DNA of 64,000 nucleotides from Veleropilina oligotropha (Eukaryota): NCBI GenBank assembly GCA_048128005.1, contig JBEUKZ010000080.1, positions 62,001 to 126,000 of the forward strand, read 5' to 3'. Shown piece by piece: positions 11,007 to 22,553 of this stretch (position 1 is its first letter; each line of letters starts with the position of its first letter). The notes under the pieces were generated by a model. It saw only the letters and a program-made list of their open reading frames with translations, ran no database searches and was not told where the DNA came from. The position numbers and the translations under genes were made by a program.

Positions 11007-12325
11007 ATGGCGGAATTCCCGAACCCCGCATTCGAGCCTGATCTCATCGACAACGATGATACCATCATCGACGATACTAATGTGGATAGATCCACCGACT
11101 GGATTGAGCCTGTTCTTTTGGAACGGCCACAGGAAGGAACCAGCAGTCAGCGGCAAAAGTTCGTGAAGGAGGCGGTTGATGGCTACTACGAAGCCCTGTC
11201 GGAGGAGGGGCAGACCCCGCCCACGTGGCGTGATTATTCCCAGTTCGAGTACGTGGAGGGGGAGGGATTGCGGCTGAAGAAATATCCAAACATCGATCTC
11301 ATCAATTCTAGAACGAAAAAACCCAATACTTTGTCAACACTAGCTAACCGGAGAGGTGGGGGTAAAGTGATCAGAGATGTGTTGGGGTTCGTACACTGGA
11401 CGCGGCCAGAGAAGCGGGGGAAAGGGGGACAAAAGCTGCCCTCAAAAGCCATTGCAGCTCTGCAGACAGCCAACAACGAGTTGAGTGGTGCGGCGGCCAA
11501 TGTCGAAAACGTAGAACTGCGGGACTTGGGGCAGACCGCGACAAAGGCCCCAGAAGCAATCCACAACATGGAGACGACGTTCACCGATGCCGAGGTTGAA
11601 GAGTTCTTGAACTCTATGGAGGGGGACCCCCCTCCATTCAATCTTCGTGAGCTTCGTGGGCTGGACAAGGCGATGCAGACCATTCGAGGCGAGCTCACTA
11701 ACAACCTGGCCAAACTAACGGCGCTGGACGAACACATAGAGCTGGAGAAGAGGAAGCTCGATCAGGCAGATGAAGAGGGCGGTGTGGATGAGTTCGTCTG
11801 TCGACGGATTGCGGAACGTCTGCGCAATTTAAATGACGAGAGAGCAGCTCGCCTCGAGGCAGCCGGATCCAGCCGGGAGGCCCTTCGCTCTCAAATCAGC
11901 CGGATCCGAGAGATGCTAAATCGGATTCTCCACACGGATACGACGCTGGCCGAGCGTATCCGGACCCTATTTCGCGAGCAGGGGGTTACGATCGCAACAA
12001 TACTGACCGCTATTGGGTTGGCTATCTCGACTTTGGTACTAGCCCTGACAGGCGGAGCGCCGAGCATCGCACCAACACCACCGCCTCCCAGTGGTCAGGG
12101 GGGGGTCAAGGAGTGGGTCAAAAAGCAGCTGCAGAACCTGGGTCGGATTCTGGGCAAACTAGCAGGGAAGGCCGCAGCCGCACTCCCAGGAATACTTGGA
12201 AGCCTGGTCTCCTGGCTAATCAACCTGGTCGGCAAACAGCGTCGTGGCTGGCCGAGAACCTGTGGGCTGTGATTATATATGTTGGGGGCTTGCTTCTTAT
12301 TGCCGCTAGACAGTGGGTCACGTAA
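11007..12325 (+). pseudogene. Coiled-coil protein with C-terminal hydrophobic/amphipathic helices and TM anchor (frameshift near 12236)
   Basis: Long heptad region, then GVTIATILTAIGLAISTLVLALTGG and ALPGILGSLVSWL. After the frameshift the frame reads SWLAENLWAVIIYVGGLLLIAARQW. Confidence 0.7.
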
Positions 12326-13604
12326 GCCAAATGAACGCTAGGCCAACGACAATGCCGCCCACGATGAGTGCGGTTTTCTCCTCATCATGTGAGGCAACCC
12401 CGGCTGGAACAGCTGCCGGCTCATCGTTTGGATGCTTCGGAGCATCTGCCCGTAAGACTGCGTCTTGTGGGATGACCAATCCTGTTTCTCCAGTACCCCC
12501 AGTGGCGTTGAGCGGCACACTGGCCGCGTTCACGGTTGTATTAAGACCTAGTGTCTGGTTTTCCGTGGCGACGACGATCTCGTTGTTATAACCAGCCACC
12601 TGCCCGATCCGTAGAAGCATGTTACTTGGCGCCATGTACAGGCCGACGCCGAAGACGAAGTCCACTTTGGACCTCGCATACTGGAGCACCTCTTGGTACC
12701 GTTTGATGGCTGATGGCAGATCAACTGGAGACGAGATTGCGTCTTCCACGTTCGCCAGGTACTGTTTCTGTGCGTCAAATGCCGTCCCACTACCCAGAAT
12801 GCCTGCACGCGTTTGAGCCTGCGCTCCAAGAATCGCCCAGACGTAGGTCCTGATGGAGTCATTGAGCCTCTCCACGCCGGCCCTCGTAAACCCCGCCGAC
12901 TTGTCCAGAATAAACGAAGCCCAGCCGTTTGAAAGCGCCTGCGCTTGCGCGATGTAGTCCACGTGCAGATTCGTGTTGGTCGTACCTTTTGTGAACGACA
13001 TTCGACTGGGGTCATACTCACGTCCGATGGAGTGGTAGCCATTGTTCATCCAGTAGCTGTAAGCCGTGCCTAGTCCGCCATTGGGACCCTTGACACGCCA
13101 GTCGGTATGTGGTGACACTCCGAATTCGCTGCAGATCTTTTCATATGCCCTTCGGTCATACGGGGTGTCGAATCCATCCCACGTCCTATCTTGTGGCAGC
13201 GGCGCCTGAATTTCGGTCAGTACCCTTCTGACCTGATAGTAGACGTGGAAGGTGAATACGGCTCTGGAGAGGGGGTCGGTCGCATTCAAGTGGTCTACTG
13301 CGGATACCCCGGAACTGGTTGTGGCACACCACACTGCGAAGTTGACCTGGTTCTGCCAAAACCGCATCGGCGTGCTGTTCCAATCTCGTATTATCCGGTC
13401 ACTCGCGACATTTGGGAGGCAGTATTTTTGAAAGACGTCGGGGTAGTCTGCCCCGAATGCAGGATGTTCAGACGACGCTGATACAACGACGCTTGGTTTT
13501 GTAAGCTGCTCATCTTTGATCTTTGCTGGGTACACCACACCGGTCGAATAGGCCGCACTCTGATTAAAAGCAAAGGCGCTCTTAGCCATAGCTATGTTCC
13601 ACAC
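12318..13604 (-). CDS. Hypothetical viral protein with C-terminal TM anchor (428 aa)
   Basis: Long intact ORF ending TALIVGGIVVGLAFIWLT. Function unknown. Confidence 0.75.
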   Translation of the reverse strand: MWNIAMAKSAFAFNQSAAYSTGVVYPAKIKDEQLTKPSVVVSASSEHPAFGADYPDVFQKYCLPNVASDRIIRDWNSTPMRFWQNQVNFAVWCATTSSGVSAVDHLNATDPLSRAVFTFHVYYQVRRVLTEIQAPLPQDRTWDGFDTPYDRRAYEKICSEFGVSPHTDWRVKGPNGGLGTAYSYWMNNGYHSIGREYDPSRMSFTKGTTNTNLHVDYIAQAQALSNGWASFILDKSAGFTRAGVERLNDSIRTYVWAILGAQAQTRAGILGSGTAFDAQKQYLANVEDAISSPVDLPSAIKRYQEVLQYARSKVDFVFGVGLYMAPSNMLLRIGQVAGYNNEIVVATENQTLGLNTTVNAASVPLNATGGTGETGLVIPQDAVLRADAPKHPNDEPAAVPAGVASHDEEKTALIVGGIVVGLAFIWLT

Positions 13605-14330
13605 ATTAACGAGTGTTCAAACGGGGACCGCGGTTCCCCTCCTGCAGCCGATTGATAACCAGGACGGCAAACTACGCGTCGGCCTGCGCTCGCTCGACAC
13701 ATGGGTCGGCTGGCATAACGTACACGCAGGAGCCTTCTTCCAGACCCCCAATACCACGGTCGAGGTAGCACCGGGTTTCTACAGCTTCGATTCCCTCGCC
13801 AAGACACTGAAGAGGTCGCTAGTTAACATACAGCTAGATGTAAGCCATGATACGGGACTCGCCCGAATCGTTGTTCCAGAGGGGACACGACTCGCGATCA
13901 GCGACGACATCAGTAAGCTTCTCGGCTTAGACCTTTCTTCGTTCATCCTCGATAAATCGGGGAATCTGAACCCCCCCTTCGCTCTGTACGGGGCCGACCT
14001 CCCCCTCCGGAGAGATCCGAGTGGCTATGTCCCGGGACATATGACGGGAACAAGCCTGTAGGGTTTGCGATAGCATCGACCCTACACGTCCATCTGGAGC
14101 AGCTCAGTACAACCCACAACGTGAAGGACGGCGTCCCAAGCAATATTCTCGCGGTGGTCCCTATAACGTCGCAGATATTCGGCGAGGCTGCCCACTACCA
14201 CAGTTATCCAGCCCTCCGGCGACTGCAGGCCGGGTCTCTCACAGAATTAAAGGTGTACATCACAGACTCAGATGGTAACCAGCTCAACAATCATGGCATG
14301 CCCATTACCGCAGTCCTTGAGATACAATGA
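13594..14330 (+). pseudogene. Minor capsid (penton-like, single jelly-roll) protein, frameshifted near 14050
   Basis: APGFYSFDSL in the N-terminal half. C-terminus HLEQLSTTHNVKDGVPSNILAVVP...LTELKVYITDSDGNQLNNHGMPITAVLEIQ fits the Polinton penton pattern. Confidence 0.7.
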
Positions 14331-14684
14331 CCTCCAGCAACTATGGGACCCTCCCCCCCTCCCCCTGCTTGCAGATGAGCCTTCCCCGACCCGGTGGCAC
14401 TTCGTTCTTAATTGTGGGGAAGCGCCCAAGAAGGGGCTGGCGAAGAGGGAGTTCATGATCCCAAACGCTGGAGGTCGGTTTGGGTTAAACCCAGCCCTCC
14501 TAATGATCCACCTGACGCCGGTCCAGCCCGCCGGGGGCCCCAAAGCATGTTCCATAAGTATGCTTGGCCTGAATTCGGACAGGTTGACCCTCGCCTTCAT
14601 CATCAAGGCCCCATGGGTGAGCACTTTTTATTTGAACGTTACTGTCGACATTGGGAATCAACAGGCTGAACAATACAGCCACGT

Positions 14685-15320
14685 ATGATGGACAGCAAGC
14701 CATCAGCGCCAACGCTGTACCCACAGCTTGGTGGCGATGTGCCTTCGGAACTGCCGGAGGCACAGTCTTTCCGACTACAGAAAGTGAATGAGCTTCAGGG
14801 ACAGCTAGAACGAGAGAGAGACACAAGGGCTGCCCTGTATAAAAAGTACCGACGAGGCGTTAACGTCGTTGACGGGATCGACTCGGCCCTGGTGTTGGCC
14901 ACCCTTGGTATGGGTAGCGCCGGCATCGGACTGTTGTCCACGATCGTTGCTGCACCTGTTGTCCTAGTGCTGGAATTAGCGGCGTTGGGGTGTGGGCTCG
15001 CTAGCATGGGTGGAAAATACATTAGCCGACGCCTCGGGGTGAAGGCTAAAAAGCACGACGAGATCCGAGTACTGGCCGACAGCAAACTGAATACCATAAC
15101 CGACCACGTCTCAAAGGCCTTAGCGGACGGGGTGATGTCTGATGATGAATTTCAACTGGTCACAGGGGAGATGGAAAAGTATCGGACATTGAAAGCCGCC
15201 CTGCGTCTCAAGAGTACAAAAGCGCACACCGTGGTTTCACAGACCCAAAGCGAGCTTATTGAGCGTGGTCGTAAAGAGGGTCGCGCAGAGCTGCTGAAAA
15301 AAATCGGAGCTGGCGACTAA
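14685..15320 (+). CDS. Membrane-associated protein with N-terminal PSAP/LYPxL motifs (211 aa)
   Basis: Starts MMDSKPSAPTLYPQL, followed by a coiled coil and a ~50-aa hydrophobic hairpin. Confidence 0.75.
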   Translation: MMDSKPSAPTLYPQLGGDVPSELPEAQSFRLQKVNELQGQLERERDTRAALYKKYRRGVNVVDGIDSALVLATLGMGSAGIGLLSTIVAAPVVLVLELAALGCGLASMGGKYISRRLGVKAKKHDEIRVLADSKLNTITDHVSKALADGVMSDDEFQLVTGEMEKYRTLKAALRLKSTKAHTVVSQTQSELIERGRKEGRAELLKKIGAGD

Positions 15321-15399
15321 CTTTCCAGGTTGAGCGTAGCCACGACTACCCCCCTCCCCCGTATTAAAGCTAGAACTCGACAGTGATATCTGGACAACC

Positions 15400-15768
15400 A
15401 TGAAATCCATGCTACTTCTGTGCATTGCCGCGGTGTGCTGGCTAGGGGGTGTCTCCACCCAGACGTCGACACACAACACTGCATTAATTCTCGAACACAC
15501 GTGGGCTAGGTACCGAAATCACCCCCGGTACAATATAAGGCACGACCCCTTGCGAAGAAACTTGCTACTACGCCTGGGAGACCCCCTGATGTATCCCCAC
15601 CATCGTGTCACTACTATGTTATCGGAGAGAATGAGTGTGGGGGGGCTCCCCCCGACCCAAATACTGTGGTGTGCATCGAATGCGCCGAGCCGTCACTATG
15701 TCACAGTAAGCACGGGCATTACTTCTCAATGGTATCTACCGGCTGCAGGGGTTCGTGGAGTCAGATAG
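15400..15768 (+). CDS. Hypothetical protein with signal-peptide-like N-terminus
   Basis: Starts MKSMLLLCIAAVCWLGGVST. No recognised domain. Confidence 0.35.
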   Translation: MKSMLLLCIAAVCWLGGVSTQTSTHNTALILEHTWARYRNHPRYNIRHDPLRRNLLLRLGDPLMYPHHRVTTMLSERMSVGGLPPTQILWCASNAPSRHYVTVSTGITSQWYLPAAGVRGVR

Positions 15769-15874
15769 GGCACCTTTCGCCATGCAATTGCACGCTCGCC
15801 AGCGGTAACTACATATTTATCTAACAGCTGCTTGGGAATTCCCCGCCTTGAAAAATATTTTTCAGGCTTCCCCA

Positions 15875-16200
15875 GGGCCAACCACCCCCGAGGCCCCTCT
15901 CGGCCACCCACCCCCGGGGCCCCTCTCGGCCACCCACCCCCGGGCCACCCTCGGCCACCCTCCCCCGGGGCCCCTCTCGGCCATCCACCCCCGGGGCCTC
16001 TCGGCCACCCACCCCCGGGCCACCCTGGCCACCCGCCCCTCGACCCTCCCCCGGCCCCCCCCTCTCGACCCTCTCTCGGCCCCGGGGCCTCTCCCGGTCA
16101 CCCTCTTCACGACCCTCTCTTGGCCCGGGGCCTCTCTTGGCCACCCTCTTCACGACCCTCTCTTGGCCCGAGGCCTCTCTCGACCACCCTCTTCTTGACC
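15875..16200. repeat. C-rich degenerate tandem repeats inside the viral element
   Basis: Repeated ggccacccacccccgggg(c)ccctctc and cacgaccctctcttggcccg units. Confidence 0.85.
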
Positions 16201-16884
16201 CCTAGTATTTCAGCCGTAGCCTGGGGTGCAAGCAGTTTCAACTTATTTTGAAGCCCCCTTGTATTTCAGCCGTAGCCTGGGGTTCAATCAGTCTCTCTCT
16301 CGGCCCCCGGGGCCTGTGGCGCCACCCTCCACGACGCATTTTCTGCCACATGGCCAGCCTCCTCAGAATTCGAAACACTCGAAAGCATGCTGAGGAGAGT
16401 GTGTGGCATCTGCGTCGTGGGCCTCATAAATAGTAAAGCGAGACATTTCTTATATAGTCCGGTTCCCATGCCAGGCTTTAGAGGTTGTGTCTCGTTAGTT
16501 ATGTCGTGGATATTAAATCACGACAACGTTGAACATAGACTACGTTGATTAAAATGAAACCTACAACACTGTGTGGATAGTGTGGAGTCGACCAAATCCC
16601 GGATCTTAGTCCAGTTAACTGTCCCTGATTATAATGTGGCCACATTATCCAGTCAACTCTTCATTTGATACTGGGCAATGTATTTCAGTCGAGGGAATAC
16701 CAGTGAGTCACTCCACAACAATAGCTTTTATTTACATCGACGAGTAACTGTATATGGCACACAATAAAGCTTCTACTAGGTCAACTCAGTCGTCGGGCGA
16801 CGTAACTAGGCAGCCAGGTAGCTTATGAATAGACTATCGATTGTATTGTTGTTCATAAGCTAACCTGGTTTTCGGACAGCGTTG

Positions 16885-17082
16885 TCTGTACACACAGTGA
16901 CTTTTTGTAATACAATCCCTACACTCGGTTCTGAAATAGGGCTGGGAGCCCCCACCCCCGGGCCCCCGGACCCCACCCTAACTCACTAGCCCCCCCCCCC
17001 CAGTACTACCAGCTCAGTTCTGAAATAGTGCTGGGAGCCTTATTTTTCCATTCTAAAAAGTCCAATCACCCCTCCTGCTGCT
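16885..17082 (-). repeat. Right terminal inverted repeat of the Polinton-like element
   Basis: Reverse complement of 3059-3250, ending CTGCTGCT and followed by the GATGG TSD. Confidence 0.9.
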
Positions 17083-17965
17083 GATGGGTCAAATTTCATA
17101 AAAATCATAACATATATTCCTTGCAAAGATGTAGACCGCCAGTTAAAATTTCAAATATATGACAACACTATTACCTGTTTTATGGCCGTTTTAAAACACG
17201 AAATTTAAATACGCTTATCTTTTAAATACCTTAAAATATCAATATGTTATATGCATATTCCGATAGTACACACTCATGGGATTTAAACTGAATTACGCTT
17301 CGTTTCATATTAATAAAAATTACGGGAACCATAGGCGTTTTACATTTTAAAATTATATTGTTCATAACCGTTAATGCCTTTTTGCTAATAAGTTTTCGTT
17401 CGCAAAACAATATATAGATTATAATGATGTCAGCATATGCCGATTTTCACTTCGAACGGAGCAACAATAAACGAGAAAACTACGTTTGAATTATTTTAAT
17501 TAATTCAAAATTGCAGCGTTACCACGAGACGCATCAACGATATATATGCAGCAAACATAACTTAGCATAAGCATGAACCCTCCCAGTCAACATTGAAATG
17601 AATAGATAAAGCTGAATAAGATTTATAACCGATATAAAAAAAAGGTGAAAAGTTCAATTTTTTATAAAGATTGAAATACCTGTAGCCACCTTATTTTACA
17701 TCCGATGAAATTTTCCTGTGCAAATATATTTCTTCATATTGTCTAGATAATATATCCTGATCAGCGCCTCGATCTGTTTGGCGGTTTCAGATATTTTTTT
17801 AAAAAGAGGTCAATTTTTTGGAAAATCGCAATTCCGAGAAAGTCAATTTTGCAGTTTCACACGAGTTCCCTATTATACCTGTCCACTTCTGAATTTTGAA
17901 ATGGATCACATTTGTAGTTTCAGAGATACGCAAGGAACAAACAATCACAAAATAATAATAATAAT
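17083..17965 (+). repeat. Right part of the interspersed repeat split by the viral insertion
   Basis: Highly similar to 36489-37372. The left part (~830-3058) matches ~30120-31115 plus 36452-36488. Confidence 0.85.
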
Positions 17966-18132
17966 TCAAGATGCAAAGCAGCTGTACAGGGCTTCAAGCT
18001 GATCGTGCGCAATTCATTATTTTCGATATAAGACGTTTAAAGTGAAGCATGAAGGCAGAGCAAATGTAACTTTGCATATAATAATAATAATAATAATAAT
18101 TGGAGATTTATATAGCGCTGTATCCATATATA

Positions 18133-20672
18133 TGTTACAGTAAATGTCTAAAATCAGTAAATCTGTAGATTTCCTGAAAATTTCAGTAAATCTGTACATT
18201 TACTGATTCACTCAGTAAATGTACAGATTTACTGAAATTTCCAGGAAATCTACACATTTACTGAAAAGTAATGCTGATTTCTCGACACATTTACTGAAAT
18301 TAATTAAACAATTATTTCCAACAATGAATTCAACAATCCCTCAAAAAGAAACATGAACAAATACTGTATTCCGTAAGATTATCTTTATTTAGAAACTGCA
18401 CACCATTGGTCCTCAGAATTCTTAACTGATATCAGTTTTTGTTGACACATGTGAGACTGGAGTGACACCGGCTGTTGCATTTTACACTGATCTTGAAACA
18501 CTTGCATCGATTTGTCTTGCACTGTTTGCCACTGACCACACAGTTACATTTAGCATATCCCTGGCCACCACACCGGGATTCTTGCTGCACTGCCCGACGG
18601 AGGCCAACCTCTTGGTCTTGACACATGTCATCTACACTGTACAGCTGCTGCGTGCACAAATCAAATTGGTTTCTGCTGTAGCGTCCTTTGAGGATTCCTG
18701 CACGAACTGCTACTCTATACAAGTCATTCTCGTCTCTATCTAATATGACACCCATAATGTTACGTGGATCCCCTTTGCCACGATCGACAAGGGGAATGGG
18801 GACGATCACATTGTCACCGGGATTACCAGGAGTATGCTCCAGGCGACTGCGCTTCACCATACGTTCTACTTGTGCAATCTGACCATCTGCTGCTCTTTTT
18901 CGCTGAGCTTGAATGCTTAGTTGAATCGTCTCTAGCTCGTCAACTTCTGTTGGTATGGCGGATTCACTTGTCTGAAGCGGCTCTGGAATTTCACTTGGTT
19001 GTTCCTGTGGTGTGTCATTCGCGCTTCCCTGCTGAGGTGGCGTAGTGATTTCACTTGACTGGTTTGGAGAGTATGCTGCAATTAGATCGTCTTCAGACAC
19101 CATTCTCTCAAGAACTTCTGTTGGGAGGGAATTTGAGCGCAGTCCAACTTTGGCCTCAGCACCAAACAAAGCCTTATAAGGTGATTGTTTAATGCCCGAA
19201 TGATAACTAGAGTTTTTTTGGAACTGCACAAAGCGAAGACCCATAGGCCAATCTGTAGAATCATTGTCACCTAGCCAAGCGGTGAGCATGTCTTTAATAT
19301 CGCAATTTAGCCTTTCCACCGAGCCTTGACTTTGAGGGTGTCTGGGTTTGCCATGCACCAACAGAAGGTCAGGCCATAGTAGCTTGAGCTCTGTGATGAC
19401 GGATGCTGTGAATTCGCTTCCGTTGTCGCTCTGTAAGATCTAAGGAGCGCCTAGGAGCAAGAATATGTCCATCAGTTGATAACCAACTTCCGCAGCACGT
19501 TTAGATGTCAGTGGTCGCAATACACAAAACTTAGTTAGATGGTCCTGATACACCATTATCCACTTATACTGTCCCTTTGCCATTGACTGCATGTCTACCA
19601 AGTCAACCTGCCCCCTAGATCCAAAGTCCTTGGTTAGAATGGGTTTCACAACTACGCCTTTGGTGGTGATGCGCTTACGCTTTTTTTGGCATTCGATGCA
19701 GAGTGATTTGTACAGTATGACTACCTCGCAAGTGATATTTGCATATTTTGTCATTGCTTTCATCATTTTATCCCGACCATGCGCTCTCCTAAGAATGTCA
19801 AACATGTCATCGATATGCGTAAAGTATATGGGTTCCTGAGCAATGTCAACGTCACTGCGTTTTCGAATTAGTTTTTCTACATCACCACACTGAAGAATTT
19901 CAAAACGCCCAAGGATGTAATACTGACGGCCGGATTTCGTCTTAGCTGAACACGCTTCTTTGAGTTCTTCCAGTAGAGAGAAGTATTCTTCTTTAGTCAA
20001 CAGTACAGACTTGTTATCAGACTCTCTCTTCTTCAGCAACTGCTCGCGAAAGGAAGCTTCCATGGAACTAGCCATTGCCAGAGCAATGTCATAATATTAA
20101 TATTATCGAGTTCCTTTTATAGGTTACCAACTATTGTAAACAATTAGCTTCTAATCAGCTTGTTGTTTTGTTGAAATGTTCAATTGTGTCAGCTTACTTC
20201 GGTGTATTGTTTGATTAATTTGATTAATTAGCTATTTTATGTACATTGTTGTTTAATATATGACATCTGACACATTCAAAAAGCAAAGCTAATTGATGAG
20301 GATGTAAACTTTGTTAACCTGTTGTTGGTGTGCAGTGACTAATTAAATCGGTCAATTGACTAACACTAACCGAGGCATCTAATCAGTTTGATGTGAAAAA
20401 AAACCTAATTGATCAAAAGTTAATCTGTTGTTAGTGTACAGTGACTAATAAAAGCTGCCAATTGACTGATAGATGATTCATTATTTCAAATAATTGCTTA
20501 TTTAATTTCAGTAAATGTGTCGAGAAATCAGCATTACTTTTCAGTAAATGTGTAGATTTCCTGGAAATTTCAGTAAATCTGTACATTTACTGAGTGAATC
20601 AGTAAATGTACAGATGTACTGAAATTTTCAGGAAATCTACAGATTTACTGATTTTAGACATTTACTGTAACA
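18133..20672 (-). mobile_element. Ginger2/TDD-type DNA transposon (SCAND3/KRBA2-like integrase)
   Basis: ~170-bp near-perfect TIRs with TGT...ACA ends and a 4-bp TATA TSD. Inserted in a SINE-like remnant. Confidence 0.88.
18432..20075 (-). pseudogene. Ginger2-type DDE transposase with C-terminal Cys-rich domain and one in-frame TAG (19440-19442)
   Basis: RGQVDLVDMQ...QDHLTKF...GAP*ILQSDNGSEF...HPQSQGSVER...CNC...C..NRCKC...CNSRCH. The two ORF-track entries are in the same frame. Confidence 0.88.
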
Positions 20673-20824
20673 TATATATGCTCGCAGACGCTTTCACAAT
20701 TTATTATCCCTGGTTTTTATCGGCCTGGTCTGATCATTGATCCATCTCCGCTCTCTTTGACAGTATTACTAGTTAATCAGCCACTAATGAGCGCTACAAC
20801 TAATTAACACGCCAACCAGGTACC

Positions 20825-21270
20825 CACTTACGTCTGCGAAGTTTGAACAGTCTAGTCAAAGCAGAATAAGGGTTATGGCAAATTTACATTTTTTCGAATT
20901 TTTTTAAAATATAAATATTTTCGATTTTTTTTTTTTTTTTTTAATTAGCAAACGTAGCTTAGCATATGCACTCATACGTCTGCGAAGTTTGACCAGACCA
21001 GTGATAGCAGAATAAGAGTTGTGGCAAATTTAATTTTTTGTCGAAAAATTAAATTTTTTCCAGAAATTTAATTTTTTATCGGAAATTTAAAAAAATTACC
21101 TTTTTTTCGATAATTAAATTTTTTGGGGAAAATTTAAATTAGCAAACGTAACTTAGCATATGCACAAATACGTCTGCGAAGTTTGAACAGTCTAGTCAAA
21201 GCAGAATAAAGGTTATGGCAAATTTAATTTGTTTTCGAATTTTTTTATTTTTTTTCGAAAAATTTAAACA
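20825..21270. repeat. Three degenerate tandem copies of a ~150-190 bp unit
   Basis: tacgtctgcgaagtttga...gcagaataa..gtt.tggcaaattt recurs at ~20829, ~20975 and ~21169. Confidence 0.7.
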
Positions 21271-22225
21271 AGTTTCGCTCTCATTCGGCCTGTTATACGT
21301 ATATCTCGCTTGGGCTTACAGTGTATTTTCTTTTACTTAATGTAAACACCAATACACAGACGTATAGTTAAATAGTTATAGCTTATATAAGACCAATGTT
21401 AGAGAAAGCAATGGTCTAAGTTACAGAATGTAAATACACAAAAAACCTTTGTTGTGCAAAGCGACTCCATGTTATAACTTACACAAGGCTTGATGGTATA
21501 CAAAGTGTATGCTAACTATAAAAGGTTTAGGTTGATCAGTTCGTTTCTAAATGATATAAAGCATTCTTCAAAGTGACTAAATGTAAGTAGGCAAAAATTA
21601 ACTTTCCCTTTAAATTTATACAAGGTCTGGTGGTGCACAAAATTGTATACTAAATACAAATGGTGTGAGCCCAGTGGTTCGTCCTATATGTAACACAGAA
21701 CAATCATCAAAGAGACAGAAAGTAAATACACAAAAATAAATTGTCCTTGACACATTGACATAATAATCATTGGCAGGCAAGCGCTTATGGTATATAAGTA
21801 ACTTGCTTACACATAGTGTGCCCACATGCTGGAGAGACATTGTATATGGTAAGGTTCACAGTGTATTAAAAATACTATCAAGGTACGAAACATCCACCCT
21901 TGGGTATATTATGGTGCGCTGCGATTTATGGCATATTCATGTATCGATTCCTATTATGCCCCTGCGATTGTCAATAGCAACATGTGAACGTTACATTAAC
22001 ACAAAATACATGTGGCAGACTTTATTATTCAATTAATTCAAGGAAGTTTCGTCAGTCACTGATCATTATGTTTATTGTTGTTGTGTAACAAGTCATGTGG
22101 GCATCACTGGAAAAATAGATCAGATGCAGCTGCTAAAACAAAATTAGAAAAAAGATATTAAATATCATTTACAAACAGTATATATACTAATTTTAAACCT
22201 GCCATTTTATCGTATACATTCAAAA

Positions 22226-22553
22226 TTTATTTCAAAATTTATGGAGCAGTCAGATTCATAAAGAATTATTCCAATTTAAACCCAATATTGGCTTCATATA
22301 TTTAGAGGTAAAATCCCGATTCGAATGACGAATTCAAATGGTATATGTATGGGATTTATCCCATACATATCCCATTCGAATTCGATTCGAACGACGAATT
22401 CGAATGGGATATGTATGGGATTTACCCCATACATATCCCATTCGAATTCGTCGTTCGAATCGGGATTTTACCTCTAAATATATGAAGCCAATATTGGGTT
22501 TAACTTGGAATAATTCTTTATGAATCTGACTGCTTCATAAATTTTGAAATAAA
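22226..22553. mobile_element. Palindromic (foldback) MITE-like element
   Basis: Long inverted arms with internal nested hairpins. Confidence 0.65.

Larger units (their letters stand above)
3059..17082. mobile_element. Polinton/Maverick-like (adintovirus/MELD-like) endogenous viral element, 14,024 bp, defective
   Basis: AGCAGCAG...CTGCTGCT termini, TIRs, 5-bp TSD GATGG (3054-3058 / 17083-17087), abrupt shift to GC-rich gene-dense intronless DNA, and integrase, PolB/helicase and capsid-like ORFs. Confidence 0.92.

Noticed and set aside
15821..16251. Pro/Gly-rich collagen-like ORFs
   Set aside because: Several frames on both strands are open because of low-complexity C-rich repeats, and there is no consistent Gly-X-Y periodicity.
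3059..17082. Bacterial or phage contamination suggested by high GC
   Set aside because: TIRs, the TSD and an empty paralogous site show a true integration into a host repeat.
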